From Acidimicrobiaceae bacterium (GTDB lineage Bacteria > Actinomycetota > Acidimicrobiia > Acidimicrobiales > Aldehydirespiratoraceae): a stretch of 64,000 bases of DNA. Made by a program: the position numbers and the translations under genes. This document shows, one piece after another, positions 9,770-20,041 of this stretch; position 1 is the stretch's first letter, and every line of letters starts with the position of its first letter. Under the pieces are notes generated by a model, which did not search any database, had not been told where the DNA came from, and saw only the letters and a program-made list of their open reading frames with translations. The stretch spans positions 23,086 to 87,085 of the forward strand of contig JAERSO010000102.1 of the NCBI GenBank assembly GCA_016845585.1, written 5' to 3'.

Positions 9770-10329
9770 GTGGCTCACCACGTAGCGGTCCACTGGAGCA
9801 GTGTCGAGCTCGACAGCTCGGAGCGTTGCACGACCCACGCCGTGCCCGGCCCGGCGGTGATCGCGGGCTCGCACGGATGTCGATCGATGGCAACCCGGCC
9901 GAGATCGAATACGTCGTCTCCACCGACGACGTCTGGGCCACGACGTCGGCGCGGATCAGGGTGAATGGGCCCGTGTCCCGGACCATCGACATCGAACACC
10001 GAGCCGACGGATGGTGGGTGAACGGGACAGAGCGAACGGACCTGGCCCGATGCCTCGACGTGGACCTCGGATGGACGCCGGCCACGAACGTCCTACCGCT
10101 GAGACGCCACCCGCTGGTCGCCGGCCAGTCGATGACGACGAACGCGGCGTGGCTCCGCTTTCCCGAGCTCGACGTCGTTTCGAGCGAGCAGTACTACACA
10201 CGAGTCGCCGCGGACCGCATGCGTTATGAATCCGGCGAGTTCAGCGCCGAACTGACCGTCACGGACGACGACATCGTCACGACGTACGGCGACGACCTGT
10301 GGTTCGCCGAGAGGATCGACCGGATCTAG
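9770..10329 (+). pseudogene. Putative glycolipid-binding-domain protein, apparently frameshifted near 9870
   Basis: C-terminal part has RTDLARCLDVDLGWTPATNVLPLRR, EQYYTR and RYESGEFSAELTVTDD; the family-like N-terminus (VHWSSVELDSSERC) is in another frame starting 9770; one added base near 9870 joins them. Confidence 0.6.
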
Positions 10330-11519
10330 CTCAGCTCGGCTGCGAGGAAACGCCCGATCACGTCGATCGCCTCCGCCATGTGCTCGCGACCGTCAGGGCC
10401 GTTGTAGTAGTGGGTCGCCCCTCGCACCACGTGCAGCTGCTTGCGATCGTGTACCACGGATGCGTGGAGCCGCTCGGTGTGGCTCGGAGTGCATGCGTCG
10501 TCCGCGGAGTTGCCCACGACCAGGACCGGAACCGAGATCTGTGCCCCGGCAGTGATGGCGTCGCAGCGCGCATCGTCGTAGCTCCATTGGCTGAGCCAGC
10601 TCCGCAGACTGCAGAACCGGGCGAGGCCGACGGGACCGTCGTTCACCACCTTCGGATCGCCGAGGTAGCACGTGCCCGGAGCGCGATCACTGGGCTCGAT
10701 CGCCGGGTCGAGCCATCGCGGATCGGCCATGGTGCCATGGACGGTGAACGCGAATTCCTGGTTCGGGCTGGCCGACGCCCGGATCTCGCCCAGCTTGTCC
10801 CTTACCCACGCCGTGATGCGGCGGTTGCGCGCGATCTGTGCCTCCCTGAATCGGGCGACGTACTCCGGGCCGTAGGGTGGCTGGTTCGGGTTCGCCGGGT
10901 CGTAGAGGTTGAGCTCCGGATCCCGCACGTGGGGTCGAGTCTCGTCGTGAATGGAGGGATCCAACCACTCGGTGAAGATCCGGTGTCGACTCACGTGCGA
11001 CGCCAACATCAGCAGCGCATCAGCCGGCGGGATGCGGCTCGGGTCCACCGTGTACGGATCCCCGGCCGCGGTATCGGAGATCCCCTCCCCCGCCTCGGCC
11101 AGAGCCTGATACCACATGGACAAGGAGCCTCCGCCCGACCATCCGGCCAGCACGATCCTCGAATAGCCGAGCCGATCCTTGGCGTCGCAGATGGCTTCGC
11201 CGAGATCGGCGGCCACCTTCTCCATGATCAACGCGTAGTCGGCGCCCCGGTACCGGGAGTTGGCCCACAGCACGTGGTGGCCCGCGGCAGCCAACCCGCG
11301 GACCATCGGCAGGTACATCCCACCGCCCACCGGATGCATGAAGACGATGAGCGTGTCGGAGGGGGTGTCCACCGGCCGGATCAGGTGGCAGTCGAGTCCC
11401 ACCACCGCACCGCCGCCGCCGTACACGTCGCTGTAGGTGGCGCTTTCCTTGAACCCGACCGCGTACGCGATGCGCTCACAGCCACGCGGGGTTCCCGGCG
11501 TCGACGTCTGCTCGGCCAT
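10326..11519 (-). CDS. Alpha/beta hydrolase
   Basis: AGWSGGGS nucleophile elbow, NSADD acid, GATHYY histidine. Confidence 0.85.
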   Translation of the reverse strand: MAEQTSTPGTPRGCERIAYAVGFKESATYSDVYGGGGAVVGLDCHLIRPVDTPSDTLIVFMHPVGGGMYLPMVRGLAAAGHHVLWANSRYRGADYALIMEKVAADLGEAICDAKDRLGYSRIVLAGWSGGGSLSMWYQALAEAGEGISDTAAGDPYTVDPSRIPPADALLMLASHVSRHRIFTEWLDPSIHDETRPHVRDPELNLYDPANPNQPPYGPEYVARFREAQIARNRRITAWVRDKLGEIRASASPNQEFAFTVHGTMADPRWLDPAIEPSDRAPGTCYLGDPKVVNDGPVGLARFCSLRSWLSQWSYDDARCDAITAGAQISVPVLVVGNSADDACTPSHTERLHASVVHDRKQLHVVRGATHYYNGPDGREHMAEAIDVIGRFLAAELS

Positions 11520-11540
11520 GTCGATCTCTCTTCTGCTCGG

Positions 11541-12779
11541 CTACTGGCCGCGACTCACGAGGAACCCAGGCCCCCGCTTCGGTGGATGGGCCAGAATCAC
11601 TTCCTCGATCGGTTCGCAGCCCCACCCCGGGGTGTCGGTCACGACGAGTTCGCCGTTCTCGATCGTCGGCGTGACGGTGAAGAGTTCATCGTCCAGCGCG
11701 ATGCGGTCGATGTCGGTCTCCATGATCCGCAGATGTGGAACCGCTGCGGCGAATTGGGCCACCATCATCGTGCAGAGGTGTCCGTAGAAGTTGTGTGGCG
11801 CGACCTGGATCTCGTGAGCGGCCGCCATCGCCGCGATCTTCATCGACTGCCATGTGCCGTTCCAGACGGTGTCGATGATCGCGACGTCCACCGACTGCTG
11901 GTTGAAGTACGGCACGAACGCCGGCAGACCGATCTTGGTCTCGAGCGATGCCACCTGCGTGTCGGCGCGATCACGGATGAGACGCAGTGCCTCGGGCGAA
12001 TCATTGTCGTACTCCAGCCAAAAGAGGTCGATGTCGTCGAGATGGCGGAGCAACTCGAGCACACCAGCGGTCTTCATGTTGAAGTTGAGATCCAGCAGGA
12101 GGCCGACATCGTCCCCCGCGCCCTCCCGGAACGCGGAGAGGACCTTGTGAACCCCGTCGAGCATCGGTCGGTCGGCGTTGAGTTCAGGACCCCCCGTGAT
12201 GCCGAAGCCCGGGGCCCACGGGAGGAGCGCACCATCGATATCGAGGAAGAGATTCGTCTTCAGCGCCGAGAATCCACGATCACGCACCTCCTCACCAAGC
12301 GCCTTCACGCCGGCGAGATCCGTGACGGTGTTGCCCACGTAGCGGCCGTACGCGATCCGCCACGTGCCGCAGTGCGACCAATAGACCGGCACCCGATCCC
12401 TGATGCGGCCGCCCAGCAGGGCGGCCACCGGCACCTGCATGGCCTTGGCCTTGGCGTCGAGCAGGGCGTTCTCGATCGCGCCGATTCCCTGCCCCACCAC
12501 CGAGCCGGCCGCCGGGCGGGTGGCGTACAGCAGGTCGATGTAGATGGGTTCGTGGTCGAAGACGGAGCGGCCGACCAGACGCGGGGTCAACGCCTGGATG
12601 ACCGTGCTGACGCCGGGTGAGCCGAATCCTTCGTCGAACTCGCTCCAGCCGACGATCCCCTCGTCGGTCGTGATCTTGCAGAAGTGGTAGTTCCGCCATC
12701 CCGCGTGACAGTGCAACGTTTCGACATCGACGATCCGGACCGGTTCAGCTCCCATCGCTTGATCTTCGCGGAATGTCAC
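11541..12779 (-). CDS. Mandelate racemase/muconate lactonizing enzyme family (galactonate dehydratase-like)
   Basis: GIVGWSE, AIENALLDAKAK, LKTN, DLN, WLE, APHN, PGWG; the start could be a few codons downstream. Confidence 0.85.
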   Translation of the reverse strand: MTFREDQAMGAEPVRIVDVETLHCHAGWRNYHFCKITTDEGIVGWSEFDEGFGSPGVSTVIQALTPRLVGRSVFDHEPIYIDLLYATRPAAGSVVGQGIGAIENALLDAKAKAMQVPVAALLGGRIRDRVPVYWSHCGTWRIAYGRYVGNTVTDLAGVKALGEEVRDRGFSALKTNLFLDIDGALLPWAPGFGITGGPELNADRPMLDGVHKVLSAFREGAGDDVGLLLDLNFNMKTAGVLELLRHLDDIDLFWLEYDNDSPEALRLIRDRADTQVASLETKIGLPAFVPYFNQQSVDVAIIDTVWNGTWQSMKIAAMAAAHEIQVAPHNFYGHLCTMMVAQFAAAVPHLRIMETDIDRIALDDELFTVTPTIENGELVVTDTPGWGCEPIEEVILAHPPKRGPGFLVSRGQ

Positions 12780-12816
12780 GGCGGATGCGAAACCTGGTCA
12801 GTTTCGACGACTGCTC

Positions 12817-13467
12817 TCAACCCTGCCCCTCCACCAGAGGCACGACGCGGACCGCGCAGAGGTCCTCCTCGACGAAATCGTCACCACGACGGCGGATCCG
12901 CACGAGTTGCTGGTCCCCCGTCTCCGCGCCGACCGGGATGATGAGCCGACCGCCATCGGCGAGCTGCTCCAGCAGCGCCGGCGGGATCGCGGAGCCACCC
13001 GCTGTGACCACGATGGTATCGAAGGGCGCCTCGTCAGGAACCCCCTTGGTCCCATCGCCGTGTGCGACGTGCACATTCTCATGGCCGAGGTCACGCAGCC
13101 GGACCCGAGCCCGATCGGCCAGGCGCTCCAATCGCTCGACCGTGAAGACCCGACCAGCGATTCGGCTGAGGACGGCAGCGCCATAGCCCGACCCCGTTCC
13201 GACCTCGAGAACCCGGCTATTCGGCTCGAGTTCCGCCGCCTCACTCATCAGGGCGACCATGAAGGGCTACGAAATCGTTTGGCCCTCACCGATCGGGAGT
13301 GGGTTGTCCTCATAGGCGGAGTCGGCCAGACGGCGGGGAACGAACGCTTCGCGCGGCACCATCCGCATCGCCTCGATCACTTCCGGATCGGCGACTCCGC
13401 GGCGCACGATGTCGCGCTCGACCATCGCGTTGCGTCGCTCCTCCGCGGTGCCTCGCTCGAACCGCAT
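12817..13467 (-). pseudogene. pcm: Protein-L-isoaspartate O-methyltransferase interrupted by an in-frame TAG
   Basis: [57 protein letters not shown] and QLADGGRLIIPVG all in one frame; TAG at 13267-13269 replaces the conserved Gln. Confidence 0.85.
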
Positions 13468-13526
13468 ACCCGTACCGTACGGCTCATCGCCTTGCCGCTT
13501 GGAGGGCCGAAGGTCACCACCGACGG

Positions 13527-14366
13527 CTAGAAGTTTCTCCTACGACTCGCTCCGTCGTACAACACCGCCGAGAGCGCAGCATTCGCGGACGCGCGCGTGG
13601 CGACGGCAGACGGGGTGAGTTCAGCCGTGGGTGCCTCGACGACCGTGAAGCGTTCGTCGGGCGCCGCTCCCCGAATCGGCAGGACGTGGTGCTCCCCGCT
13701 CACCGGGCGGACCCCGGGACCCATGTAGCTCTGGAACGCGATCCCCACACGACGGTTGGCGGTCCGGTTCGGCCGGGACCCGTGAATCAGCCACGGGTGA
13801 TGGAACGACATCTGTCCGGGGCGCAGCATCAGATCGACCGCGCTGCTCTCATCGACGTCGGACACGGTCTGGCCCCGTGTCAGGATGTTGTGCTCCGCAA
13901 ACGTGTCGTGGTGCTCGGCACGGCCGGTGTGCGTGCCGGGGAGAACCGACACGCACCCGCTTTGTCGCGTCGACTCGCTCAACGCCAACCATGCGGTCAC
14001 CATGCTGCGAGGAGCGGCATCGCCTGAATCCAGTCCCATGTAGAAGGCGTCCTGGTGCCAGCTCACGAAGCCGTCCGAGCCGGGCTCCTTGATGAATAAC
14101 ACCGTCGACCACAATGAGATGTCGGGCCCCACGATGCTCTCTGCGGCGTCGACGATCCGATCATCGAGGGCCAGTTCGGCGAGGAACGGAAACGCGAGAT
14201 GAGCATTGTTTCGGTGCTCCGCGTGGAGATCGTCCGGATGCTGTTGCTCCGCCGCCTCCAGGAGCCCGAGTACCGCCGCCGCCTCGCTCTCACCCATCAC
14301 GTCGACCGGAGCCAGCCAACCATGTTCGTGGTAGTGGGCGACCTGCTCGGCCGACAGTCCAGACAT
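13527..14366 (-). CDS. PhyH-family Fe(II)/2-oxoglutarate dioxygenase
   Basis: [25 protein letters not shown] and NRRVG (HxD...H triad plus Arg). Confidence 0.88.
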   Translation of the reverse strand: MSGLSAEQVAHYHEHGWLAPVDVMGESEAAAVLGLLEAAEQQHPDDLHAEHRNNAHLAFPFLAELALDDRIVDAAESIVGPDISLWSTVLFIKEPGSDGFVSWHQDAFYMGLDSGDAAPRSMVTAWLALSESTRQSGCVSVLPGTHTGRAEHHDTFAEHNILTRGQTVSDVDESSAVDLMLRPGQMSFHHPWLIHGSRPNRTANRRVGIAFQSYMGPGVRPVSGEHHVLPIRGAAPDERFTVVEAPTAELTPSAVATRASANAALSAVLYDGASRRRNF

Positions 14367-14429
14367 CTGTCGATGCTACGACAACGCACCGGGTAGGCCC
14401 TGCTCGCGTCGGTGGTGTAGCAAGTCTCG

Positions 14430-15644
14430 GTGACCACGTTCCTGCGCCGGCTTCGCGATTCCCAGGAGCTGATCATCCTCTGCGGGACCACCTTCCTGGT
14501 CATGGCCGGCCAGGGTGTCGTGTCACCGGTGCTGCCGTTGTACGCGAAGGAGTTCGGGGTGGGGGCGACGATGGTCGGCCTCACGTTGACCGTGTTCGCG
14601 CTCGCGCGCCTGATCGTCAACGTGCCTGCTGGGTTGATCGCCGATCGGTACGGGCGGCGCATCCTCCTCGCCGGAGGGCCACTCATCACCTCGGTCGGCA
14701 TGTTCGGGTCCGGTCAGGCCGACGGGATCTGGGAGCTCCTGGTCTGGCGCTTCGTCGCCGGTGGCGGATCGGCGTTCTACATGTCGGGGGCGATGATCTA
14801 TCTGATCGACATCGCTCCACCGGAATCGCGGACTCGCTACGTCGCCACCAACCAATGGGCGCTGAGTGTCGGGGTCGCGCTCGGCCCTGGCATCGGTGGA
14901 GTCGTCGGTGACGCCTACGGATTGGCCGCGCCGTTCTACCTGGTGGGCATCCTCGCGGTGCTCACGGCTCTCTATGCCGGTGTACGCCTTCCCGAGACCA
15001 AGGGAAAGCTCGCGGAGGAGACGTCCGCTGATCACGGCCCGCCGATGAGCACCCGCAGCTTCCTCATGAGTCGGCGTTTCCTTCTCGTCGCCTTCGTGAC
15101 CGCCACGATCTTCATGACCCGCGCCGGCACCCGCGGCACCCTGATTCCTCTCCACGCCGACGACGCGCTGGGATGGGGCCCATCGCAGATCGGTGTCGTC
15201 TTCATGGCCACCGGACTCCTGACACTGTTCACCCTGATGCCTTCGGCGTGGGCCGCCGACGCCATCGGCCGCCGAAACGTCATGTGCTTCTCCGGCCTTT
15301 TCGCCGGACTCGGCGCCATCCTCGTCGGCACGTTCACCAGCTCGATCGGTTTCGTACTCGGCAACATCACCATGTCGCTCGGCACCGGCACCGCCGGGCC
15401 CGCGCCCGCCGCCTACGTCGCCGACATCGCGCCGCCCGAGAGACGTGGCCTCGCCATCGCCTTGTACCGCTCGGCCGGTGACGTCGGATTCCTGGCCGCT
15501 CCTCCCCTGCTCGGGTTGCTGAGCGAGTCGACCTCGATCGCCACCGCGCTCGTGGTGGCGGGCATCATCGTCGCTGCGGCAGGCATCGTCTTCTTCATCG
15601 GGTCCTTTGGCGACCCGGCCGCAGGCCGCCGTGCCGTCCCGTAA
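14430..15644 (+). CDS. MFS transporter
   Basis: About 12 hydrophobic segments; GLIADRYGRR and WAADAIGRR motif A in both halves. Confidence 0.9.
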   Translation: MTTFLRRLRDSQELIILCGTTFLVMAGQGVVSPVLPLYAKEFGVGATMVGLTLTVFALARLIVNVPAGLIADRYGRRILLAGGPLITSVGMFGSGQADGIWELLVWRFVAGGGSAFYMSGAMIYLIDIAPPESRTRYVATNQWALSVGVALGPGIGGVVGDAYGLAAPFYLVGILAVLTALYAGVRLPETKGKLAEETSADHGPPMSTRSFLMSRRFLLVAFVTATIFMTRAGTRGTLIPLHADDALGWGPSQIGVVFMATGLLTLFTLMPSAWAADAIGRRNVMCFSGLFAGLGAILVGTFTSSIGFVLGNITMSLGTGTAGPAPAAYVADIAPPERRGLAIALYRSAGDVGFLAAPPLLGLLSESTSIATALVVAGIIVAAAGIVFFIGSFGDPAAGRRAVP

Positions 15645-15654
15645 CCTCCTGCGC

Positions 15655-16674
15655 ATGCGGAAACGGCTGTCGGCGGCGGCGACCAGAGTCTTGCGATCGA
15701 CGCTCAGCTTCGGGGCAACGAGGCTCGCGTCCAGTGATCGGCTCATGGGCGCGATCTACGACCTCACGAACGAAACGAACTTCTCGGGGCTGTCCGAGCA
15801 CGAGGAGATGCTCAACGACCAGGTTCGGGTCGAGGCATACCACGAAGGAATCCGACGCAACGTGAAACACGGCGACGTCGTCCTCGACCTCGGCACCGGT
15901 TCGGGGCTGCTCGCCTTCATGGCCAGTCGTGGCGGCGCCAAGAAGGTCTACGCCGTCGAGCACTCCGACTTCATCGAGGTCGCCCGCGAGATCGCCTCCC
16001 ACAACCGCATCACCAATATCGAGTTCGTGCAGGCCAACAGTCGGGAGTTCACCCCGCCCGAGCCGATCGATGTGATCCTGCACGAGCAGATGGGCGACGA
16101 GCTCTTCAACGAGAACATGCTCGAGAACATCCTCGACCTACGCGACCGTGTCCTGGCGCCCGAAGGGCGGATCCTGCCGGCCCGTTTTTCGCTCTTCGTC
16201 GAGCCTGTGTGTTTTCGCGACGAGATGCGCGTCCGCCGGTTCTGGAACACCGCGCTTCCCGACGGCATCGACCTGCGACCGCTCGAACGGTCTCCGACGG
16301 CTGCCCGCTTCGACACGGGACGGACCGAGCAGCTGTGGGTCCGCCCCGGCTCGGTGAAGTGCACCCTTGGTCCCCCGTCCCCGATCCTTGAATTGGACCT
16401 GCACACGCTCGAGTCGGTCGAGTCCGTCCCGCTCGACCACGTCGTTGCACGCGAGGCCACCGAGAACGCGATCGTCGACGGCTGGTGCGTCTGGTTCGAA
16501 GCCCGCTTCGACGACCACACGGGGCTGTCCACATCGCCACTCGAGCCGGTCACGAGCTGGGGAAACCGGATGTTCCGCCTCGACGAGGAGATCCCGGTGG
16601 GTGACACCCTGCGATGCCATGTGAACCTCGGCCAACTCGCCGAGCCGGCGACATGGAGCGTGGAACGGCTGTGA
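15655..16674 (+). CDS. Class I SAM-dependent methyltransferase, protein arginine methyltransferase (PRMT)-like
   Basis: HEEMLNDQVRVEAY, VLDLGTGSG, VYAVE, IDVILHEQMGDELFNENML (double-E loop), LAPEGRILP, GWCVWFE, LSTSP...TSW (THW-like loop). Confidence 0.8.
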   Translation: MRKRLSAAATRVLRSTLSFGATRLASSDRLMGAIYDLTNETNFSGLSEHEEMLNDQVRVEAYHEGIRRNVKHGDVVLDLGTGSGLLAFMASRGGAKKVYAVEHSDFIEVAREIASHNRITNIEFVQANSREFTPPEPIDVILHEQMGDELFNENMLENILDLRDRVLAPEGRILPARFSLFVEPVCFRDEMRVRRFWNTALPDGIDLRPLERSPTAARFDTGRTEQLWVRPGSVKCTLGPPSPILELDLHTLESVESVPLDHVVAREATENAIVDGWCVWFEARFDDHTGLSTSPLEPVTSWGNRMFRLDEEIPVGDTLRCHVNLGQLAEPATWSVERL

Positions 16675-16749
16675 CACGGGGCGTCGATCGACCGTGACGG
16701 GAGGCCGATTGTCGGTAGTCGGCCTCGCTCGCCCTACGATGCGCACCCG

Positions 16750-17163
16750 ATGACTGAGCTGACGAACGACGAAGAACCCCACGAGCTGTTGCAGACGCTC
16801 GGCGACGGCAAGGTCCGTGAGCTCGATGCCGAGGGCGGCCGGTCCGTACTGGAGTTCGTCTGCAAGCCCGAGATGTGTCACTCCGGCGGTGTTGCCCAGG
16901 GCGGCTTCGTCACCGGCTGGATCGACTCGGCGATGGCCCACGCCTGCGTCGCTCGCTACACGACCGAGTTCTGGATCGCCACGCTCGAACTCAAGATCAG
17001 CTTCTTTCGCCCCGCCACACCAGGACCCGTAGTCGCCGAGGGTTGGATCGAGCGGGCCGGCAAGCAGACGGTCTTCACCGAAGGCCGGCTCCTCGACAGC
17101 GACGGCCAGGTCCTCGCCAAGGCCACCTCGACCATCAGGCTCGTACCGAACCGGGTCGCGTAG
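16750..17163 (+). CDS. PaaI-family hotdog thioesterase
   Basis: GVAQGGFVTGWIDSAM, TLELKISFFRP, AKATST. Confidence 0.87.
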   Translation: MTELTNDEEPHELLQTLGDGKVRELDAEGGRSVLEFVCKPEMCHSGGVAQGGFVTGWIDSAMAHACVARYTTEFWIATLELKISFFRPATPGPVVAEGWIERAGKQTVFTEGRLLDSDGQVLAKATSTIRLVPNRVA

Positions 17164-17172
17164 ACCTCGGAC

Positions 17173-18384
17173 TCAGACCCCCTGGGCCTCCGCCGTCGCC
17201 GCGGCGAGCGTCACCGCGTTCGCTGCATCGCGTGCCTCCAACGCGTCGATGACCTCGTCGGCCACTCCGATCGCGCTCAGGACCTCACGGGTGTCATCAC
17301 CGATGTAGGGCGCGTGGCGCTCCGGGAATATCGGGACCCCGAGATCGACCGGTGGTCGCGGCATACGCATTGAGCCGACTCGTGGGTGATCGGTCTCGAT
17401 CAGGGACCCGGCGTGGATGATCTGCTCGTCTTCGTGGAGATCGTCGAGCGTGTTGACGCGCGCGACCGGCACGCCGAAGGCGTCGAGGGTTTCGCAGATC
17501 TCGGCCGTGGTCACATCGGCGATCAACGCCTCGATCTCGGCGTTGAACGCATCGGCGCGAGAGAGGCGGGCGGGCAGGGTCGAGTAGCGCTCGTCGAGGT
17601 GAAGCTCGCTTCCCCGCCAGATCGACAGCAACTCGAGCGAGTCGTCGGACACCAGGACGATCGAGACATAGCCGTCCTTGGCCCGAAAGACCGGGAAGTA
17701 GTCGGCCAACTCGCCTTGATGACGGATGTCGTCACCGAGGAGGGTGCGGGACCACATCATGTCGGGCCACATGTAGTAGAGGGCCGAGTCGAGCATGGAC
17801 ACCGGCAGATGCCGGCCGCGGCCGGTCTTCGCCCGCTCGAGGAGTGCGGCGGTCACGGCCTGGGCGGCCGTCATCGCGGTGACTTTGTCGTAGACGATCG
17901 CGCGCATATTGGTTGGGCGGTCACCGCCCTGCTCGGCCGCGGTGCCCGCGGTTGCCTGGATCAGCGGATCGAAGACGCGCCGGTTCTGGTAGGGGCCGTC
18001 CTGCCCGTAGCCCGTGATCGAGGCATAGACCAGACCGGGATTCAGTTCGGACAGGGTCTCATAGTCGAGTCCCAGACTCTCCATGACCCCCGGACGATAG
18101 TTCTCCACGAGCACGTCCGCCGTCTCCACCAACGCCAGGAACGCGGCCTTCTCCTCATCCACCTTCAGGTCGAGCGCCACCGAGCGCTTGTTGCGGTTGA
18201 GCACGGCGAACATCGACCCCATGCCGGCGCGAATGCTGCCCAGGTACCGGGCCGTGTCGCCGAAAAGAGGGGGCTCGATCTTGATGACCTCGGCACCCTG
18301 ATCGGCGAGCACCATCGCCGCCATCGGCCCGGAGACCGTCGTCGTCAACTCCAGAACGCGGTATCCGCTCAGCGGTCCGGTCAT
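17173..18384 (-). CDS. CaiB/BaiF (family III) CoA-transferase
   Basis: PLSGYRVLELT, GPMAAMVLADQGAEVIKIE, NRNKRSV, ENYRPG, FDPLIQA. Confidence 0.9.
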   Translation of the reverse strand: MTGPLSGYRVLELTTTVSGPMAAMVLADQGAEVIKIEPPLFGDTARYLGSIRAGMGSMFAVLNRNKRSVALDLKVDEEKAAFLALVETADVLVENYRPGVMESLGLDYETLSELNPGLVYASITGYGQDGPYQNRRVFDPLIQATAGTAAEQGGDRPTNMRAIVYDKVTAMTAAQAVTAALLERAKTGRGRHLPVSMLDSALYYMWPDMMWSRTLLGDDIRHQGELADYFPVFRAKDGYVSIVLVSDDSLELLSIWRGSELHLDERYSTLPARLSRADAFNAEIEALIADVTTAEICETLDAFGVPVARVNTLDDLHEDEQIIHAGSLIETDHPRVGSMRMPRPPVDLGVPIFPERHAPYIGDDTREVLSAIGVADEVIDALEARDAANAVTLAAATAEAQGV

Positions 18385-18504
18385 CTGATCACCCCCACGT
18401 GTCGAGCACACCCTAGAACGGGCACCCTCTCGGCTCCGAAACTACGCTGCGCCGATGATCACTGCACGTGGGCGCAGCTCCACTACCTGAAGTACCTGCT
18501 CGCG

Positions 18505-18708
18505 ATGGCGCACACCGTCTATCAGGGTCAGATCGATCCTCGGGTCACGCCGCGACGGGTCAAGCTGCAGGCAGCCCGCCGAGGATGGCGCAACGGCAGC
18601 CACCAGGGCACGTTGAAGGCGATGTCGCCGCGCTACGACCCCCGCCGAGTCACGATTCCCGACGATGTGCGGGCCGTCACCGACATGTTCGGAATCGATC
18701 TGGGCTGA
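18505..18708 (+). CDS. Small hypothetical protein (67 aa)
   Basis: ATG at 18505 (MAHTVYQGQIDPR...MFGIDLG) fills the gap between flanking minus-strand genes; no motif recognised. Confidence 0.4.
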   Translation: MAHTVYQGQIDPRVTPRRVKLQAARRGWRNGSHQGTLKAMSPRYDPRRVTIPDDVRAVTDMFGIDLG

Positions 18709-18714
18709 ATCGCG

Positions 18715-18930
18715 TCAGCGCCGTTCGACGTGGGCCAGAATCTCCTGCGAGTCGGCGCTCAACCACCCCTTCGTCGCCGCGTAGGTGAGCATCCCGGCGA
18801 AGGCCGACTCCCACGACTCGTCGCCGTCGGCTATGTCTGCGGCGGCGTCGGACTCGACCTGGAACGAGGTGAACACACCGGGCTCGCGCATGCCCACGGT
18901 GCCGGTCTCGACGTGCACCTCGACGATCAC
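18715..18930 (-). CDS. Small hypothetical protein coupled to the LLM oxidoreductase
   Basis: 4-nt overlap with the LLM gene; C-terminus WESAFAGMLTYAATKGW...AHVE resembles small actinobacterial proteins seen beside flavin enzymes (recollection, unverified). Confidence 0.55.
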   Translation of the reverse strand: MIVEVHVETGTVGMREPGVFTSFQVESDAAADIADGDESWESAFAGMLTYAATKGWLSADSQEILAHVERR

Positions 18931-19988
18931 GATGCATCCTCCCGGTCGGCCGGGCCACCGAGACCACGGACGTCACCCATGACCCCGGCGAAGAGCTCCA
19001 GCGAACGCATCGCGATCGGCCAGGGCTGACCGCCGTAGTCGCCCTGGTAGCTGAATCGGTCGAAGTCGCTGAGCTCGAGCAACGCCCCGATGCGGTCGAC
19101 CACCTCAGCGGGGCTGCCGTTCACGACCGCACACTCCGGGCTCTCGAAGTCGGTGATGCGCTCGGGCAGGTCAACCTCGTCCGCGGGAATCCCGAGTTTC
19201 TTGCCGAAGACCCAACGTTGAAAGGGGGCCTGATAGATCCCGAGATGATCTCGAGCTTCCTGAGAAGTCGGCGCCACGTGCACATGTGCATTCAGATCCA
19301 CCCACGGCGCGTGGACGTGGCCGGCGTCGGCAAAGGCCTGCCGGTACGCATCGACCACGGGACGCAGGTTCTTGCGGTCGAACGACAACATGGTGATCGC
19401 GATACCCAGCCCGAGCTTGGCCGCAGCCACTGCGCTCTCACGTCGTGAGACGGCGACCTTGATCGGCGGATGGGGGATCTGCACCGGCCGGGGCTGGAGC
19501 GTCACACCGTTCAAGGGCGGTCTGAATTCACCGGACCAGGTGATGTTCGGTTCGGTCCACAGCTTGACGAGAAGCTCGAGGCCCTCCTGTTGCATCTCGA
19601 CGGCGCGGGACTCGTCCTGACCGAAGTAGGCGTAGGCGTAGGGCTCCACGCCCCGGCCCACCCACATCTCGGCCCGACCGCCGGACACGACATCGAGCGT
19701 GCCGAAGTCCTCGGCCAACTTCACGGCGTCGTGATGAGGAAGCAGCGTGACCCCGGATCCGAGCGTGATGGTCGACGTGCGACCGGCCAACCAGGCGAGA
19801 AACACCGGCGGTGACGACGTGAGGAAGTCACTGAAATGATGCTCTCCGACGAACACCGCGTCGAAACCTGCCGGTTCCGCGAAATCCAGATACTCGAGGA
19901 TCTCTGCGTGGCGTTCGGCCTGGGAGCTCTGCTTCCCCGTGGCGGGGTCCGCCCGATGGTCGCCCAGTGTCAGCAGTCCGATTTCCAT
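18927..19988 (-). CDS. LLM-class (luciferase-like) flavin-dependent oxidoreductase
   Basis: FVGEHHF, LGSGVTLLPHH, AEDFGTLDVVSGGRAE, VGRG, PRPVQ. Confidence 0.9.
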   Translation of the reverse strand: MEIGLLTLGDHRADPATGKQSSQAERHAEILEYLDFAEPAGFDAVFVGEHHFSDFLTSSPPVFLAWLAGRTSTITLGSGVTLLPHHDAVKLAEDFGTLDVVSGGRAEMWVGRGVEPYAYAYFGQDESRAVEMQQEGLELLVKLWTEPNITWSGEFRPPLNGVTLQPRPVQIPHPPIKVAVSRRESAVAAAKLGLGIAITMLSFDRKNLRPVVDAYRQAFADAGHVHAPWVDLNAHVHVAPTSQEARDHLGIYQAPFQRWVFGKKLGIPADEVDLPERITDFESPECAVVNGSPAEVVDRIGALLELSDFDRFSYQGDYGGQPWPIAMRSLELFAGVMGDVRGLGGPADREDAS

Positions 19989-20041
19989 GGCGTCGGTCTA
20001 GCCAACCGAATCCGACTTGTCAGCTCGATGGTCGTGTCGGC

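Noticed and set aside
10299-12620. 773-aa plus-strand ORF
   Set aside because: Antisense shadow of the alpha/beta hydrolase and enolase-family genes; no motifs; typical of high-GC DNA
13527-14366. Fe/2OG halogenase
   Set aside because: Retains the HxD carboxylate (WHQD); halogenases have Ala or Gly at that position
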